From positions 45,632,001 through 45,696,000 of the forward strand of contig OZ024743.1 of NCBI GenBank assembly GCA_964016885.1: a stretch of DNA of 64,000 nucleotides, read 5' to 3'. This document shows positions 1-14,911 of the stretch, in pieces. The notes below the pieces were generated by a model. It made no database searches. It saw only the letters and a list, made by a program, of their open reading frames with translations, and was not told the DNA's origin. The stretch's first letter is position 1. Every line of letters begins with the position of its first letter. The position numbers and the translations under genes were made by a program. Source of the stretch: Eledone cirrhosa. Its lineage: Eukaryota.

Positions 1-92
1 GCTTCATTACTCTCCAGCCGTCGCATATCCTCTGCAGTTGCTTCCCATGTCTCACTACCATGCAGCATCGCGCATCTCACACAGGCATCATA
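1..92 (-). mobile_element. RTE-clade LINE fragment (post-RT region)
   Basis: Minus-strand translation YDACVRCAMLHGSETWEATAEDMRRLESNE matches the RTE Y..cVr..mLyGsEtW motif; cut by the window edge. Confidence 0.75.
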
Positions 93-589
93 TAACTGAG
101 TTCAAATCCCGCCGAGGTGAAATTTTCCTTCCATCCTTTCGGTATCCATAAATAAAGTACCAGCCCAGAGGCAGAATTTGTAGAATTGGTAAAGAATCGG
201 GCGGGATCATTTGCTCTATATGATCTGGTTCTGCGCGTTCTGAGTTCAGATCCTGCTTTCTTCTGTTGAGGTCAACTTTACTTTTCATCAAGAGCAAACA
301 ATATGAATAGCATCATTAACAGCTTTAACATGAGATAATTTTTCTGAGGATTATACTGCCAATCAAAAATAGACGTACCTGTTGTATTTCACTTCAGTTT
401 TATTTAATCACTCAGATAATTAATGCATTAATTAGTTCATAAATCAATTTACTGATTAATTGGTCGGTCAAAGTTTTTTTCTTATCAATAATTATATGCC
501 CTGTAGGCTCATTCTTTGTTTACACTTAGTCATTGTTTCAGCTGTAAATATTGTAAAAAATTATGTATCAGGTGTAGTTTTCAGATAGA

Positions 590-830
590 GGAAGGCAGTG
601 AATTGGTAGAGTATTTAGGGCGTTGGATCAAAAGAGTCTCGGTACTTGTTGCGGCTGACTGCGCTTTGCGTTCAAATCCCGCCGAGGTCAACTTTTCCTT
701 TAATCATTTCGCGGTCGATAAAGTACCAAACCAATATTGTGATCGATTCTTCCTCTATCTCTCTTTCTGGATGACATCGGCAGTGTTACGACTTGAATCG
801 GGGGAGGAGGGCTCCACCGGGTTTTAAATC
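590..830 (+). mobile_element. tRNA-derived SINE (family A type), decayed
   Basis: GGCAGTGAATTGG head, B-box GTTCAAATCC and core GCCGAGGTCAACTTT...GTCGATAAAGTACC. Partial copies at 95-165, 1630-1700, 22500-22560(-), 27900-27980, 42813-43110(-) and 43240-43512. Confidence 0.7.
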
Positions 831-2214
831 CATAAAACACGCCGTGTGTAAGGACTGTGCCCCTACATTTCCATCGGTATTTAAGGGGAGAAATGGGTAA
901 GGGGCAAAATCTATCCTCTTGGTTGCGCCCCGCTGACATTAGAAGAAAGGTATTGCCGCGGAGAACAACCAGCGATACCTTTCAGGATCTCTTGTCAGAG
1001 GTGTGGTATGTGCGTAGGCTGGTTAATGATCTAATTATTTGATTGATTAATAAAACTGAAATGAACGAGTGCGTGTGTATTTGATTGGCAGTATGACCCG
1101 CCAATAATAAACGCAATATCTGCTTCCACACACGAGTTCACATCAATCATTATGTAAATATTAAGTAACAAAAATAGTGATAATTGTAAAAAGAAAATGT
1201 GTAAAATCCACAAATGAGCGATCATTATTCTTTCAGTTTTCATGTATTTCAATCTATAACAATATAATCAATAATTTGCCATTGAAAGTAATGTTTTGTA
1301 AAACAATGATTCAAGAGAAATAGAATGAGAAAGAAGTGTTTGTCACAATCACTCTGAAAGTATTAAATCTTCATTTATTTATTTTGAATTGAAATTGTGT
1401 TAAGTACATGTTATAGCCAAGGTCTTTATTTTTCTAGTAAATATTTGCTTTAATTCGCTTTAGAAATATACATGATTCAAATTATTCAACTGATATTCCG
1501 TTTTGTTCAATGATTTTCATTTTTCTTCATTTGTAATATTTTGTGGATTTAAGTGGGGTATTTTTCATTTCTTTTTTAATTTCATCTTGTTTCCTCCTTC
1601 ACTTTTAATAAATAGTTGTGTTTTCTGCGTACTAAGTTCAAATCACGTCGAGGTTAACTTAATCTTTCATTCCTTAGAGGGCGATAAAATAAAGTACCAG
1701 TCTAAGAGACGGAATGAATTAGCGTATTTGTTAGAGTGTCGGGCAAGATACATTGCGGTATTTTTTTCCGGTTCTTTGCATTCTGAGTTCAAGTCCCACA
1801 GTAACTTGCTTAACTGATAAGGTTAATCCGTCACTCTGTTTTAACACCACGTGGTGTCTTTTAGCGAAGTTCATTCAGACGCAAGCATTTGTCTCAGATA
1901 TCCAGTTTAAAGATACTTCCTTCATTCACTCATAGTCTCTGGAGCCTTGAAAACACTAGAAAATATGCAAACGAAATATATTTACATATGAAAAGAAAAT
2001 ACACCTGGGGGATACCCCATCGTAACCAATTTCTGAATAATATCTTTTCAGCATAGAAAATCACGTTTCTGCCAAAAAAGATTCAATTGCTTCATTCAAT
2101 CCCGGACGTGCAAGAGATGTCAACATAAATGAAACCCTTTATTTTTATCTAAAGACATTTTTTTTTTCAATTCTAACCCGCCCGTCCCCTCAATCTATTT
2201 TATTTCTCATTCTT

Positions 2215-2250
2215 TCTTCTGATGAAGGACTAGCGTCCGAAACGTTAAGA
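2215..2250 (+). ncRNA. Minimal type-I hammerhead ribozyme in a PLE pLTR fragment (about 2160-2345)
   Basis: TCTT-CTGATGA-aGGAC tagc GTCC-GAAAC-GTT-AAGA, with palindromic stem III. Same family at 59357-59392 and, decayed, at 30201-30250(-). Confidence 0.8.
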
Positions 2251-2367
2251 CACTCTTCCTGCTATATCAAGCGTTAACCTAATATATCCCTTCTATATAC
2301 TGTACCGATTGTGTTGTTATCTCTGTTTACCTTTTACATACATACAAATATATATATATATATATAT

Positions 2368-2706
2368 GGAAAGTTATATTTAAATTGTTGGGTTAACAAC
2401 GAGTAAATATTTATAACTGATATAAAAGCACTCAACAAGTATTTGGAGTATATTTATGATATTAAATAAATGGAAACTATATTTATAAAACCATATTTAT
2501 TTCGTTATATATATTTCAGGGATATCATATTAACAATATGTTATGCCGTCTTCAGACAAAATACAATATAAACAGTTTATTTATAAGACTGTTTATATTG
2601 TATTTTGTCTGAAGACGGCATAACATATTGTTAATATGATATCCCTGAAATATATATAACGAAATAAATATGGTTTTATAAATATAGTTTCCATTTATTT
2701 AATATC

Positions 2707-2709
<3 letters not shown>
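2368..2709 (-). mobile_element. Non-coding foldback PLE-derived element with hammerhead, in (TA)n
   Basis: Perfect inverted arms of about 120 bp (2456-2576 / 2589-2709) and a unique tail at 2368-2455. HHR at 2602-2665: ATTTTGT-CTGAAGA...GAAA-TATATATA-ACGAAAT, 7-bp stem I. Confidence 0.8.
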
Positions 2710-2732
<23 letters not shown>

Positions 2733-2738
<6 letters not shown>

Positions 2739-3330
2739 GTGAGGTTTTTTTTACAAAATGAAAAATAACCGAGGTGTCCTACACGAGTGAAAGTATAAAG
2801 AAAAAGAGATGAAATCGAAAATGCAACTGGAGTCTTATTTTTTTTTTAAATATATATATTTATTTGGTTCCTTTACCGGTTTCGCAGTTCTTCTGCTTTT
2901 TAAAAGGTGAGTTGAGATGGAGGGTCTGTGGTTTTTCTCACATCTGGTTGGTCTCTGAATGTTACTTGTTTTATATGGAAAAAGTGGCTCGAAATACCAG
3001 GTTTTTCGAGAAGTAATTTGATTGGTTTGTCAATAATTATAATAAATTTCGCGCCAGTTCGCGTTACAATAGTTCTTCAAATAAGAGAGGGGGGTTGTCA
3101 CAGGTTGTTTTTTCATATATGAGTGTTTGAATTTCTTTTTACTTGAAAAAAGGAGGTTCACGAAGGCTTTTTTTTAGTTGGTTATAAATGAAATTTGGCT
3201 GTCACGTGAACAAGTTTTCATTACATTTTTGCGCCCTCATTTGGAAAACTATTCTGTAGTCTTTATAGTGAATGTTATGACAATGGTCAGAAATAATGAT
3301 ATTTGTTTATTGAAAAATAAATTTTCAATA
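2733..3330 (-). mobile_element. Solo pLTR/3' end of Neptune-type PLE
   Basis: Clearly homologous to 33521-34110; degenerate HHR at 2868-2908; abuts (TA)n. Confidence 0.75.
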
Positions 3331-3524
3331 ACCAAATATCATTATTTCTGAAGACAGCATATATATGTGTAGGTATGTATATTCCCTCTGATAGTTTGTA
3401 AAATGTTTACTTAGATCTATATGATATACATACCAACACACACATATATATCCTAGAAACGATCGTAAAATGATGAATTTTTTAATATAAGGAACTGTTT
3501 CTTTGTTTTTATTCATTGTTTTTA

Positions 3525-3590
<66 letters not shown>

Positions 3591-4629
3591 AACAAGTAAG
3601 ACCCCGACGGCTGAGCTCAAGCCGTTTCGACGGCTAAGTCTGTACTGAATGAACATTTATTAAATAGCCGAACTTATCAAGGGGTAATTCCATATATGGT
3701 CAAAGAGATAATCACCAGGATTGGTCACATCACAAGTTAGTAGTAAATCTGTGATGGCAAGTTGGTGGGGGAAGGGGTAGCTAAACCTGCCGGTAGGAGA
3801 AAAAGGGAGAGGGGGTGGAGTAGACCCATTCATGCGTTGGTAGTGCCAGCTACAGCTGGGTGTGAAGTCAAAGAGGATACTGGGGAGGGGAAGGGGAGGA
3901 GGTCGAAACGGTAAGTAGAACAATGAAGGGTAAAACTAAAAGGTACTGAGAGAGAAAAAAAAAATAAATAAGCAAAGTTTGGTTACTAAGACTTAGGTCT
4001 CTCGCTATTGCTAGGCTAAAGAAATACATAAATAAATAAATAAACAAATAAGTGAATAAAAGAAAAGATAAATAAATTTTTAAAAAAAAAATATATATAT
4101 ATATATATAATGTAGAATAAAAAAATAAATAATAATAATAATAGAAATAAACTAGTAAACTAGGTGGGACGGAAATAAAGGGACCCTTATACGAGGTATA
4201 AGTGCGTGTATCGTACGGTGACGGGTCAACAAAGGGGGGGGCCAGAATACTAAAGAGACTACCACGAAATAATAAAGGTTTCTACCCCAATCACAGGGCC
4301 AGCGACCACCCAGTGCAAGAAAGTAAACTAGTACGAGAATATAATTCAGGGTCCCGCAAAAAAATACTAGTGCTAACTCTAAGGGTACCGCCACGAAACA
4401 AAAAGTCTTATGCAAACTACATGAAAGATCGTACGAAGTAAAAATAAAGAACGGAAAATTAATACAGGAACGTCCCCCCCCCCCCCCAAAAAAAAAGGGA
4501 AAAAGAAGAAAGAAATACTGGATAAACGAGAAGATAAAGCAAAGATGCCACTAAGAAATATAGAAGACTCGGAAAAAAGGGACAGCGGTCGGAGAAGGGG
4601 GCGAGTATCCGAAGTCTAACACCGATTTC

Positions 4630-6224
4630 GATCGTAAACCATCTATCAGGCATATAAACCCAACGAAGTCCGACATAGGGAGAATCAGCAAAAAAATCCT
4701 AGACCGCGTGATACCAAAAGTCAAGCAACACGCCCGACTTAGCCTATGGATCAACACCCAGGAAGTTATCTCATGGTTCAGCAATTTGGAGGATAAACGA
4801 GACACGAAATTTATCCAGTTCGACATAGAGAGCTACTATACTTCTATCACCTTACCGCTACTTACTGCCGCCTTGGACTTCGCCGAAGCATTTGTGCCCA
4901 TCACCGACCAGGAAAGAAAAACCGTCCTCCACGCCAGGAAGACAGTCTTACTCTTAAACAACTCCAAATGGATATAAAGAGCTCCTGATTCACCCTTCGA
5001 CGTCAGCATGGGCGCTACGGATTCGGCGGAGGTCACAGATCCTATAGGATTATTCCTTATAGCCAAACTCACCGATGTTTCCTGCTTTCGGTGGTGGATT
5101 GTACCGTGATGATGGGCTCCTTACCCTTAAAGGGTACAACCCCAGTAGTACAGATCGGGTCCGTAAACAATTAATCAGCTTCTTCCGCGACTGGGGATTT
5201 AAAATAACCCTACAAACGTCTCTGACCCGAGTTAATTTCCTGGACGTTACCCTCGATCTCAATAATAACCTGTACTACCCATACAGGAACCCAATGACAA
5301 CCTGCACTACATCCACCGCCGATCTAACCATCCTAGGAACATCACCAACAACCTAGTCAAAAACATCTCCCTCCGCATATCCCGTTTGTCAGCTAATGAG
5401 AAGATATTCGATGAACATGCGCTTTACTACAACCAGGCCCTCAAGCGGAGTGGTTTCCGGGAGGAAATATCCTACTGTCCAGCTCCCATTAGCGGAACCA
5501 GCAGGCGACACCGCCGCTCACGCAATGTAACATGGTTCAATCCTCCCCACAACGCCGAGGTGACAACTCCCATCGGGAAAATTTTCTTTAGGCTCATTGA
5601 AAAACACTTCCCACCACAACACCGCTACCACAACATAATTAACAAAAATACCATCAAACTCTCTTACAGCACTACACCTAACTTCGCACAAAACATCGTC
5701 TCCTCCACAACAAAAAACTCAACCCTCATGGAAGAAACAACCTAAATAGCAGTGGAGAGCCGACCAGGAGGTGCAACTGTCCTGATAGATCCAGTTTCCC
5801 CCTCGACAACACATGCAGAGACCGTAATGTGATCTACCAGTGCAACGTGAGCACGGACACCTCCAACAAAGCTTATATAGGATTAACCGCATGCGACTTC
5901 AAGGCCCGGCTATACCAACACAGACATACCTTCCGAAACCCGGCCCGGCGTCACGCCACTACACTTTCGGGCCACATATGGGACCTCAAGGACAACAACA
6001 TCAACTATGATCTCACTTGGAAATTACTGTCCAGAGCTAACTCTTACACAGGAGGACGCCGTCCGTGCAATTTATGCTCGGAGGAAACATTACAAATGCT
6101 GTTTTCGACGGACCAACTCCTAAACAAGAAAGATGAACTGGTTACTTCATGTAAGCACCGATTACGTAGGACTTACCTCGCCCTCAAACCCCATAATGAC
6201 CGGGGGGGTAGACTAGGGCTATAA
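4630..6224 (+). pseudogene. Naiad-type PLE RT plus C-terminal GIY-YIG endonuclease, frameshifted
   Basis: Motifs INPTKSDIGRISK, FDIESYY, MGATDSAEV, GLYRDDGL, NFLDVTLDL, TWFNPP, CNC..CRDRNVIY..YIG..FKARLYQH..LSGHIW, CNLC..E, LN...EL..SCKH, split over ORFs 4708, 5075, 5386 and 5829. Confidence 0.9.
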
Positions 6225-7419
6225 CACCCCACTTGCCTATTTTGTAATGGGTAACCCCTGCTTGCCAATGGAGACGAAAGATCTTCTTTTACATTCTTTT
6301 ATCGCTTCCTCTATATTTCCTCCTTCCCCCCATCCCTCCCTAGTCCTTCTACCCCAGTTCCTTTTCTTTGTCGTCTTCTTTGTCATCGTCTTTTTCTCTC
6401 CCACCCGAGGTAGCCCATCGGCCCCTTGTAGCTTCAGCACCCCCACCCCCGCCCCTATTCTATGATAGATTTGGCTGACTGCTTTTTATAGCAGAGGTGT
6501 TAGACTTCGGATACTCGCCCCCTTCTCCGACCGCTGTCCCTTTTTTCCGTGCCTTCTATATTTCTTAGTGGCATCTTTGCTTTATCGTCTCGTTTATCCA
6601 GTATTTCTTTCTTCTTTTTCCCTTTTTTGGGGGGAGGGGAGGGGACGTTCCTGTATTAATTTTCCGTTCTTTATTTTTACTTCGTACGATCTTTCATGTA
6701 GCTTGCATAAGACTTTTTGTTTCGTGGCGGTACCCTTAGAGTTAGCACTAGTATTTTTTTGCGGGACCCTGAATTATATTCTCGTACTAGTTTACTTTCT
6801 TGCACTGGGTGGTCGCTGGCCCTGTGATTGGGGTAGAAACCTTTATTATTTCGTGGTAGTCTCTTTAGTATTCTGGCCCCCTTTTTTGACCCGTCACCGT
6901 ACGATACACGCACTTATACCTCGTATAAGGGTCCCTTTATTTCCGTCCCACCTAGTTTATTTCTATTATTATTATTTATTTTTTTATTCTACATTATATA
7001 TATATATATATATATAATTTTTTTTTTTTTTTTATTTATCTTTTCTTTTATTCACTTATTTGTTTATTTATTTATTTATGTATTTCTTTAGCCTAGCAAT
7101 AGCGAGAGACCTAAGTCTTAGTAACCAGACTTTGCTTATTTTTTTTTTTCTCTCTCAGTACCTTTTAGTTTTACCATTCATTGTTCTACTTACCGTTTCG
7201 ACCTCCTCCCCCTCCCCCTCCCCAGTATCCTCTTTGACCTCACACCCAGCTGTAGCTGGCACTACCAACGCATGAATGGGTCTACTCCACCCCCTCTCCC
7301 TTTTTCTCCTACCGGCAGGTTTAGCTACCCCTTCCCCCACCAACTTGCCATCACAGATTTACTACTAACTTGTGATGTGACCAATTCTGGTGATTATCTC
7401 TTTGACCATATATGGAATT

Positions 7420-7513
7420 ACCCCTTGATAAGTTCGGCTATTTAAATACCAGAATAAATTTTCATTCAGTACAGAATTAGCCGTCGAAACGGCTTGAGCT
7501 CAGCCGTCGGGGT
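7420..7513 (+). ncRNA. Hammerhead ribozyme, U3:A8 core variant (mirror copy 3600-3685, minus)
   Basis: ACCCC-TTGATAA-gttCGGCTA...TAGCCGtc-GAAAC-GGCT tgagctc AGCC-GTC-GGGGT. Confidence 0.75.
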
Positions 7514-7604
7514 CTTACTTGTTCCTATTACCCACTCTACTACCCTAAGTATTGAGTACTTTGGTGCGTTATGGTCCACCTGGTTCCTTACCATATTTCG
7601 TTCG

Positions 7605-8600
<996 letters not shown>

Positions 8601-8857
8601 AAGTTCAACTTTGCCTGCCATCCTCTCGAAATCGATTAATATAGCACCGGTTCGGTATCATGGTCGATGCTTCCGCTTTTTGTCTTCTGTCGCCCCAAAC
8701 CTTTTTTTGCTGGATTCGTTTTGTTAACTATTTTGTTAGACTGCCTAAGATTTTCACATTATTTTGGAAATTACGAAGAATTTGGAAGAATTTAGTAAAA
8801 TATGATAATGGCATGTAGACTCCCCTACGACTCCCCTACGGAAGTTCAGGGTCCGTG

Positions 8858-9012
8858 AATGAATGAATGAAGGAAGGAAGGAAGGAAGGAAGGAAGGAAG
8901 GAAGGAAGGAAGGAAGGAAGGAAGGAAGGAAGGAAGGAAGGAAGGAGGGAGGGAGGGAGGGGAGGAAGGACGGAAGGAAGGAGGGAGGGAGCGAAGGGAG
9001 GAAGGAAGGAAA
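8858..9012. repeat. (GGAA)n microsatellite
   Basis: Direct reading. Confidence 0.95.
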
Positions 9013-9118
9013 GAATGGACGGACAGGTGGCCGGTAGCCGGACTGAATATCATCAGAAGAGAATGAGATTCGTACCTCAACCTTGATCATTTCTTACTTC
9101 AACAAAATACCGAATAAA

Positions 9119-9301
9119 ATAATTGTTTCTACTTTAGGCACAAGGCCAGCAAATACCCAGTGCATTACTGGTACTTTATTTTATCGACCCCGTAAGGATG
9201 AAAGGCAAAGTGAACCTCGGCGGGATTTGAACTCAGATCGTAAAGGGACGTAACTATACTGGAAAGCATGGCGTCCGACCCTCTACCGATACTGCCAATC
9301 C
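9119..9301 (-). mobile_element. tRNA-derived SINE family A
   Basis: Reverse complement of 26341-26538. Confidence 0.85.
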
Positions 9302-9445
9302 AAATAAAATAATATGAATACATTTCTTGTTTTCGAGAAAAACAAGAAGAAATAATTCTTCATATATCGATTCTTGTGTCTATCTTTTGTATTTCCAATG
9401 TTTGGCATGTACAGCCTAAAATCTGTCATTGAAACATGAAATAAT

Positions 9446-9631
9446 TGTTTCTACTTTTGACACAAGGCCAGCAATTACCCAGTACATTACTGGTACTTTA
9501 TTTTATCGACCCCGTAAGGATGAAAGGCAAAGTTAACCTTGGAGGGATTTGAACCCAGTCCGTAAAGGGACGTAACTCTATGCTAGAAAGCATGGCGTCC
9601 GAACCTCTACTGATACTGCCAATCCACTGCC
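9446..9631 (-). mobile_element. tRNA-derived SINE family A with TSD
   Basis: Flanked by the direct repeat CATTGAAACATGAAATAAT (about 9427 and 9632). Confidence 0.9.
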
Positions 9632-9896
9632 CATTGAAACATGAAATAATGCCAATGAAAGAGACCTATTGTTACGTATGATAAATTGAGTTTCAAAAGT
9701 TGTGCAAAGAACGAACTTACATAAGAAAGAAATAGTGTCTTGAGTTATCTATTATGGCATCGTCCTTCAGCTTCGTACAGCAAATTCCTAATAGTTTTAT
9801 CTCGCGTCATATATGTAGCTGTTTTCGATAAAAGGTCAACGCTAAATGTCCTTTAGTGTTTCTTTGTATTTTTTTTATGTAGCTCTATGCTCCCAC

Positions 9897-10013
<117 letters not shown>

Positions 10014-10330
10014 GTGCAACAGAGTGTTGTAGTTTGCTTGAAACATTTTTGAATAGGATACACCAATTTAAATAATATTGAAAACCATACAATGCACTAG
10101 AAAATTAAAATTGATAATATAACACTAGAATCTTACCTTAGCAAATTTAATAATCCCAAATATTTTCGGGTTTAAAAACCCATTATCAAGGGAGTATCCA
10201 TGTGAGAAACTTAAAGATCGATCGGAGATGACTTGTTAGGAAAGCAGATTTACGTTAAATGAAATGAAAATACGTTAAAATTTCGAACGCGCGCGTTGTA
10301 AATGTCTGGTGGGAAATGTATGATATATAC

Positions 10331-10580
10331 ATGTGTGTGTGTGTGAATGTAAGTGTGCTTAGTGGGATGTGTGTGTGTGTGTGTGTGAATGTAAATGTGC
10401 TTAGTGGGAAGTGTATGTGTGTGTGTGAATGTAAGTGTGCTTAGTGGGATGTGCGCATGTGTGTGTGTGTGAATGTAAGTGTGCTTAGTGGGATGTATGT
10501 ATGTGTGTGTGTGTGTGTGAATGTAAGTGTGATTAGTGGGGTGTGTGTATGTGTGTGCATGAATGTAGGTTTATTTAGTG
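10331..10580. repeat. Minisatellite GAATGTAAGTGTGCTTAGTGGGA(TG)n, about 6 units
   Basis: Direct reading. Confidence 0.9.
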
Positions 10581-11403
10581 AAAGGCGTGTGCGAATATGT
10601 ATATAATAAAAAGGGAGAAATACGTGTGTGATTTATGTATGTGTGAGTCTAGGTGTGTTTTACTAGTGAGGACATAAATTTGAAAGAAAGAATGCAACTA
10701 GCCACTAAAATGTTGTAATACAGGCTTTTAAATTAGCCATACTGGTGCACTTCTTTCCATTCGTGTGTGTATGTATATATATAAATGGGTGTGTGTGTAT
10801 ACATATATATGTATGTATGTGTGTGTGTATATATGTGGGCGTCTGTGATCTATATACACTGGTCATAGACACACACACACATATATATTTTCACAAACAC
10901 TCACATATATATATATATACACACAATAACACCACCAGCTCTCTCTTCCAATCTACTCTCTTACAACCACTCTCTCTCTCGCTCTCTCTCTCTCTCTGTG
11001 AAGGTACCCGGAAAAACCCCATATCTCGGGAACCCGTTCACCGATTTACGCGAAACTTGTTTTATTCCATTTGTATTCCTATTTCAGGGTCAACTTCCTT
11101 TCAAAGTATTTTCCCATTATACGCCTTTTGGCTGTATTACATTACAGACAAGCACACAAGCAAGCAATCACAGCATTTTAGTAATACATAGATATATGAG
11201 TGTGTATGTGTATGTGTGTGTGTGTGTAATGAATAAAAAATATGCCCGAAGTAATGGAAAATAGACGAATACAGACAACGCTATCTCACCAGCCATCTGC
11301 TAGAGATACGTTGTTTTCGTGTGTGTATATATATATATATCCAGTAATAGTAATAATAAATACCAAAATGCAGAGAGGAATTAATACGAGTTGTATATAT
11401 ATA

Positions 11404-11940
11404 TGGCTGCGCTTTCTAGCAACCAGCCTACTCGCCGACAGGCACCAATCACAACTTTCTGCCTTGACCACTCTGGCCACGTGATGGTTCTTAGCCATTT
11501 TGAATTCATTTCTGGCGAGAATCATGGTAGAAAAATCTTAGTCCAGTTGAGGTATCTCCTGATGAGTTCCGAGCCTCGTGGATTTATCCAAGATCGGATA
11601 TATCCAAAAAAATGGAACGAAACAGCCAGGTGGTAGAGATTATGAAGATGCTGGTAAAGTTTATGTACATTTTTTCTTCTAACTTCGATTTTGTACCTAA
11701 TTACGTGTAGTTAACTATATGTCTAGTCAATTTCTACAGGCTAGTAGGAATATTAGGTAAATATCATGTAGCTGTATGTCGCAGAAAAGAAGCTATATCA
11801 TTTGTCTATTATTTCTTCATAAGTACATTTTAAACTTATAGCCTCGTTTAAATGATTTTTTGTATGGTTGATTTATACTGATTGGGAGAGGAAATACTGT
11901 ATATATTTTATCTAATGATTCTTTGGACTTACTTTTTTAT
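11404..11940 (+). mobile_element. Non-coding hammerhead element in (TA)n
   Basis: HHR 11554-11640: ATCTC-CTGATGA-GTTCC...GGAAC-GAAAC...GTA-GAGAT. The first ~110 bp is homologous to 13970-14078(-). Confidence 0.7.
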
Positions 11941-11970
11941 TTATATATGTATATATATATATATATATAT

Positions 11971-12417
11971 AATAGAAAGGCTTCTACAGGACTACCATTG
12001 TTTCCTTCGGGAGAAATCATCAGGAAGCTTCCTGATGATTTCTCACGAATGAAACAGTTCTAGTCCTCTAAAAGCTTTTCCATATTAAATATTTATACTC
12101 TGCTTTGTATTGAGTACCTTACTTACTGGGGTTAGCCCCGATTGAACCCGGAATAAACTTCACCTGCACATTCAATATATATATATATGCAACCGGTCCT
12201 AGCATTTATACCTATGCTGGGTCCGTCAACTTCTTATATATATATATAAGTTTATCCCGGGTTCAATCGGGGGTGAGGTACTCAATACAAAGCAGAGTAT
12301 AAATATTTAATATAGAAAAAGCTTCTACAGGTCTAGAACTACTTCATTCGGGAGAAATCATCAGGAAGCCCTTATTCTTTCGCCCGAATGAAACAGTTCT
12401 AGTCCTGTGGAAGCCTT

Positions 12418-12425
<8 letters not shown>
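11971..12425. mobile_element. Two tail-to-tail mini foldback hammerhead elements (11971-12175 plus; 12248-12425 minus)
   Basis: Arms fold at AAGCTT (12025-12030). Consensus HHR GCTTC-CTGATGA...GAAACAG...CTGTA-GAAGC; tails homologous; (TA)n flanks. Confidence 0.75.
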
Positions 12426-12461
<36 letters not shown>

Positions 12462-13315
12462 CGATGGCCTCCAGCGGCCGACGGATGGGGAGGGACTGTA
12501 CTGGGTTTCATCCGTTTTTCCGTTGTTTTCGTCCATCGTATTTCATTCAGTGTATGATGTTAGCCATGCAGGACACCTTTTCATATTGATATGTATTTAA
12601 CTTTACACCACTTCTCTGTCCTTTTCTCTCTTTCTTTTTCTGGTTATTGTGTCTGTCTAAATAGGACTTACGTCAAAACGAACATTTCACCTTTCATCTT
12701 TGTCCTTTGTTCTCTCCTCTCTTTTTTTTCTTTTTTTCTTATTTTCTCCCCCCACCCCCCTATCTCTCTCCTCCTTCCGTGTTTTGTCTATTTATATAGA
12801 CGAACAATGTTTTCTTTCACTTTGCTTTCTGTGCATACCTCATGATTAATATGTTTGGCTTTCTTTCTATCTCTTCTTCCCAGTTGCAGCAAATTAGTTT
12901 GTAGTAAATTTTATTTATTTGTAAATAGTCGAAAACCCAATCGTCCTGTCTTGTGTCCATTTGTTAGTGTACCATATTCTCTGGAGCTAGTGGTATTGAT
13001 CCTAAATCCGAAACTCCGATGACCTCCAGCGGTCGATTGATGAGAAGAGACTGTACTGTTCTCACGCCCACCGTGTTTGATTTTTCTGTGATCTTTGCCA
13101 AGCAGGGCACTTTTTTCATATATATATACAACGAAGACATAACACAGAGAAACGCAAGAACACGCGTTTCGTTATGCGAACTCAACTTATTCAACTTGCA
13201 GCTCTCTTTTTCATTGAACCACTGCAGATTGAATAAGTTGGGTTCATAACGAAACAACAGTTCCTGTGGCTCTCCGTGTTATATCGTCATTGTACTATCG
13301 AATTTAATAATAATA

Positions 13316-14641
<1,326 letters not shown>

Positions 14642-14668
14642 ATATATATATATATATAGATAGATATA

Positions 14669-14866
14669 TAGGAAAATAGCCAGGACCCCGACGGTAGAGC
14701 TCAAGCCGTTTCGACGGTTATTTCTGGAGTCCAGAAATAGCCGTCGAAACGGCTTGACCTATGCCGTCGGGATTCTGACTCTTTTCCTATTACCCACTCT
14801 ACTACCCAAAGTATCGAGTACTCTGGTGCGTTATGGTCCACCTGGTTCCTTGCCACACTTCCTTCG

Positions 14867-14869
<3 letters not shown>
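14669..14869 (+). mobile_element. Mini foldback derivative of the Naiad pLTR 3' end
   Basis: Homologous to 7470-7606 with an inverted ~60-bp arm. Other copies at 23420-23620, 36423-36631(-) and 58602-58717. Confidence 0.85.

Positions 14870-14909
<40 letters not shown>

Positions 14910-14911
<2 letters not shown>

Noticed and set aside
5770-6224. Selenocysteine-encoding Naiad (SeNaiad)
   Set aside because: Conserved Cys positions use TGC/TGT and no in-frame TGA occurs at them.
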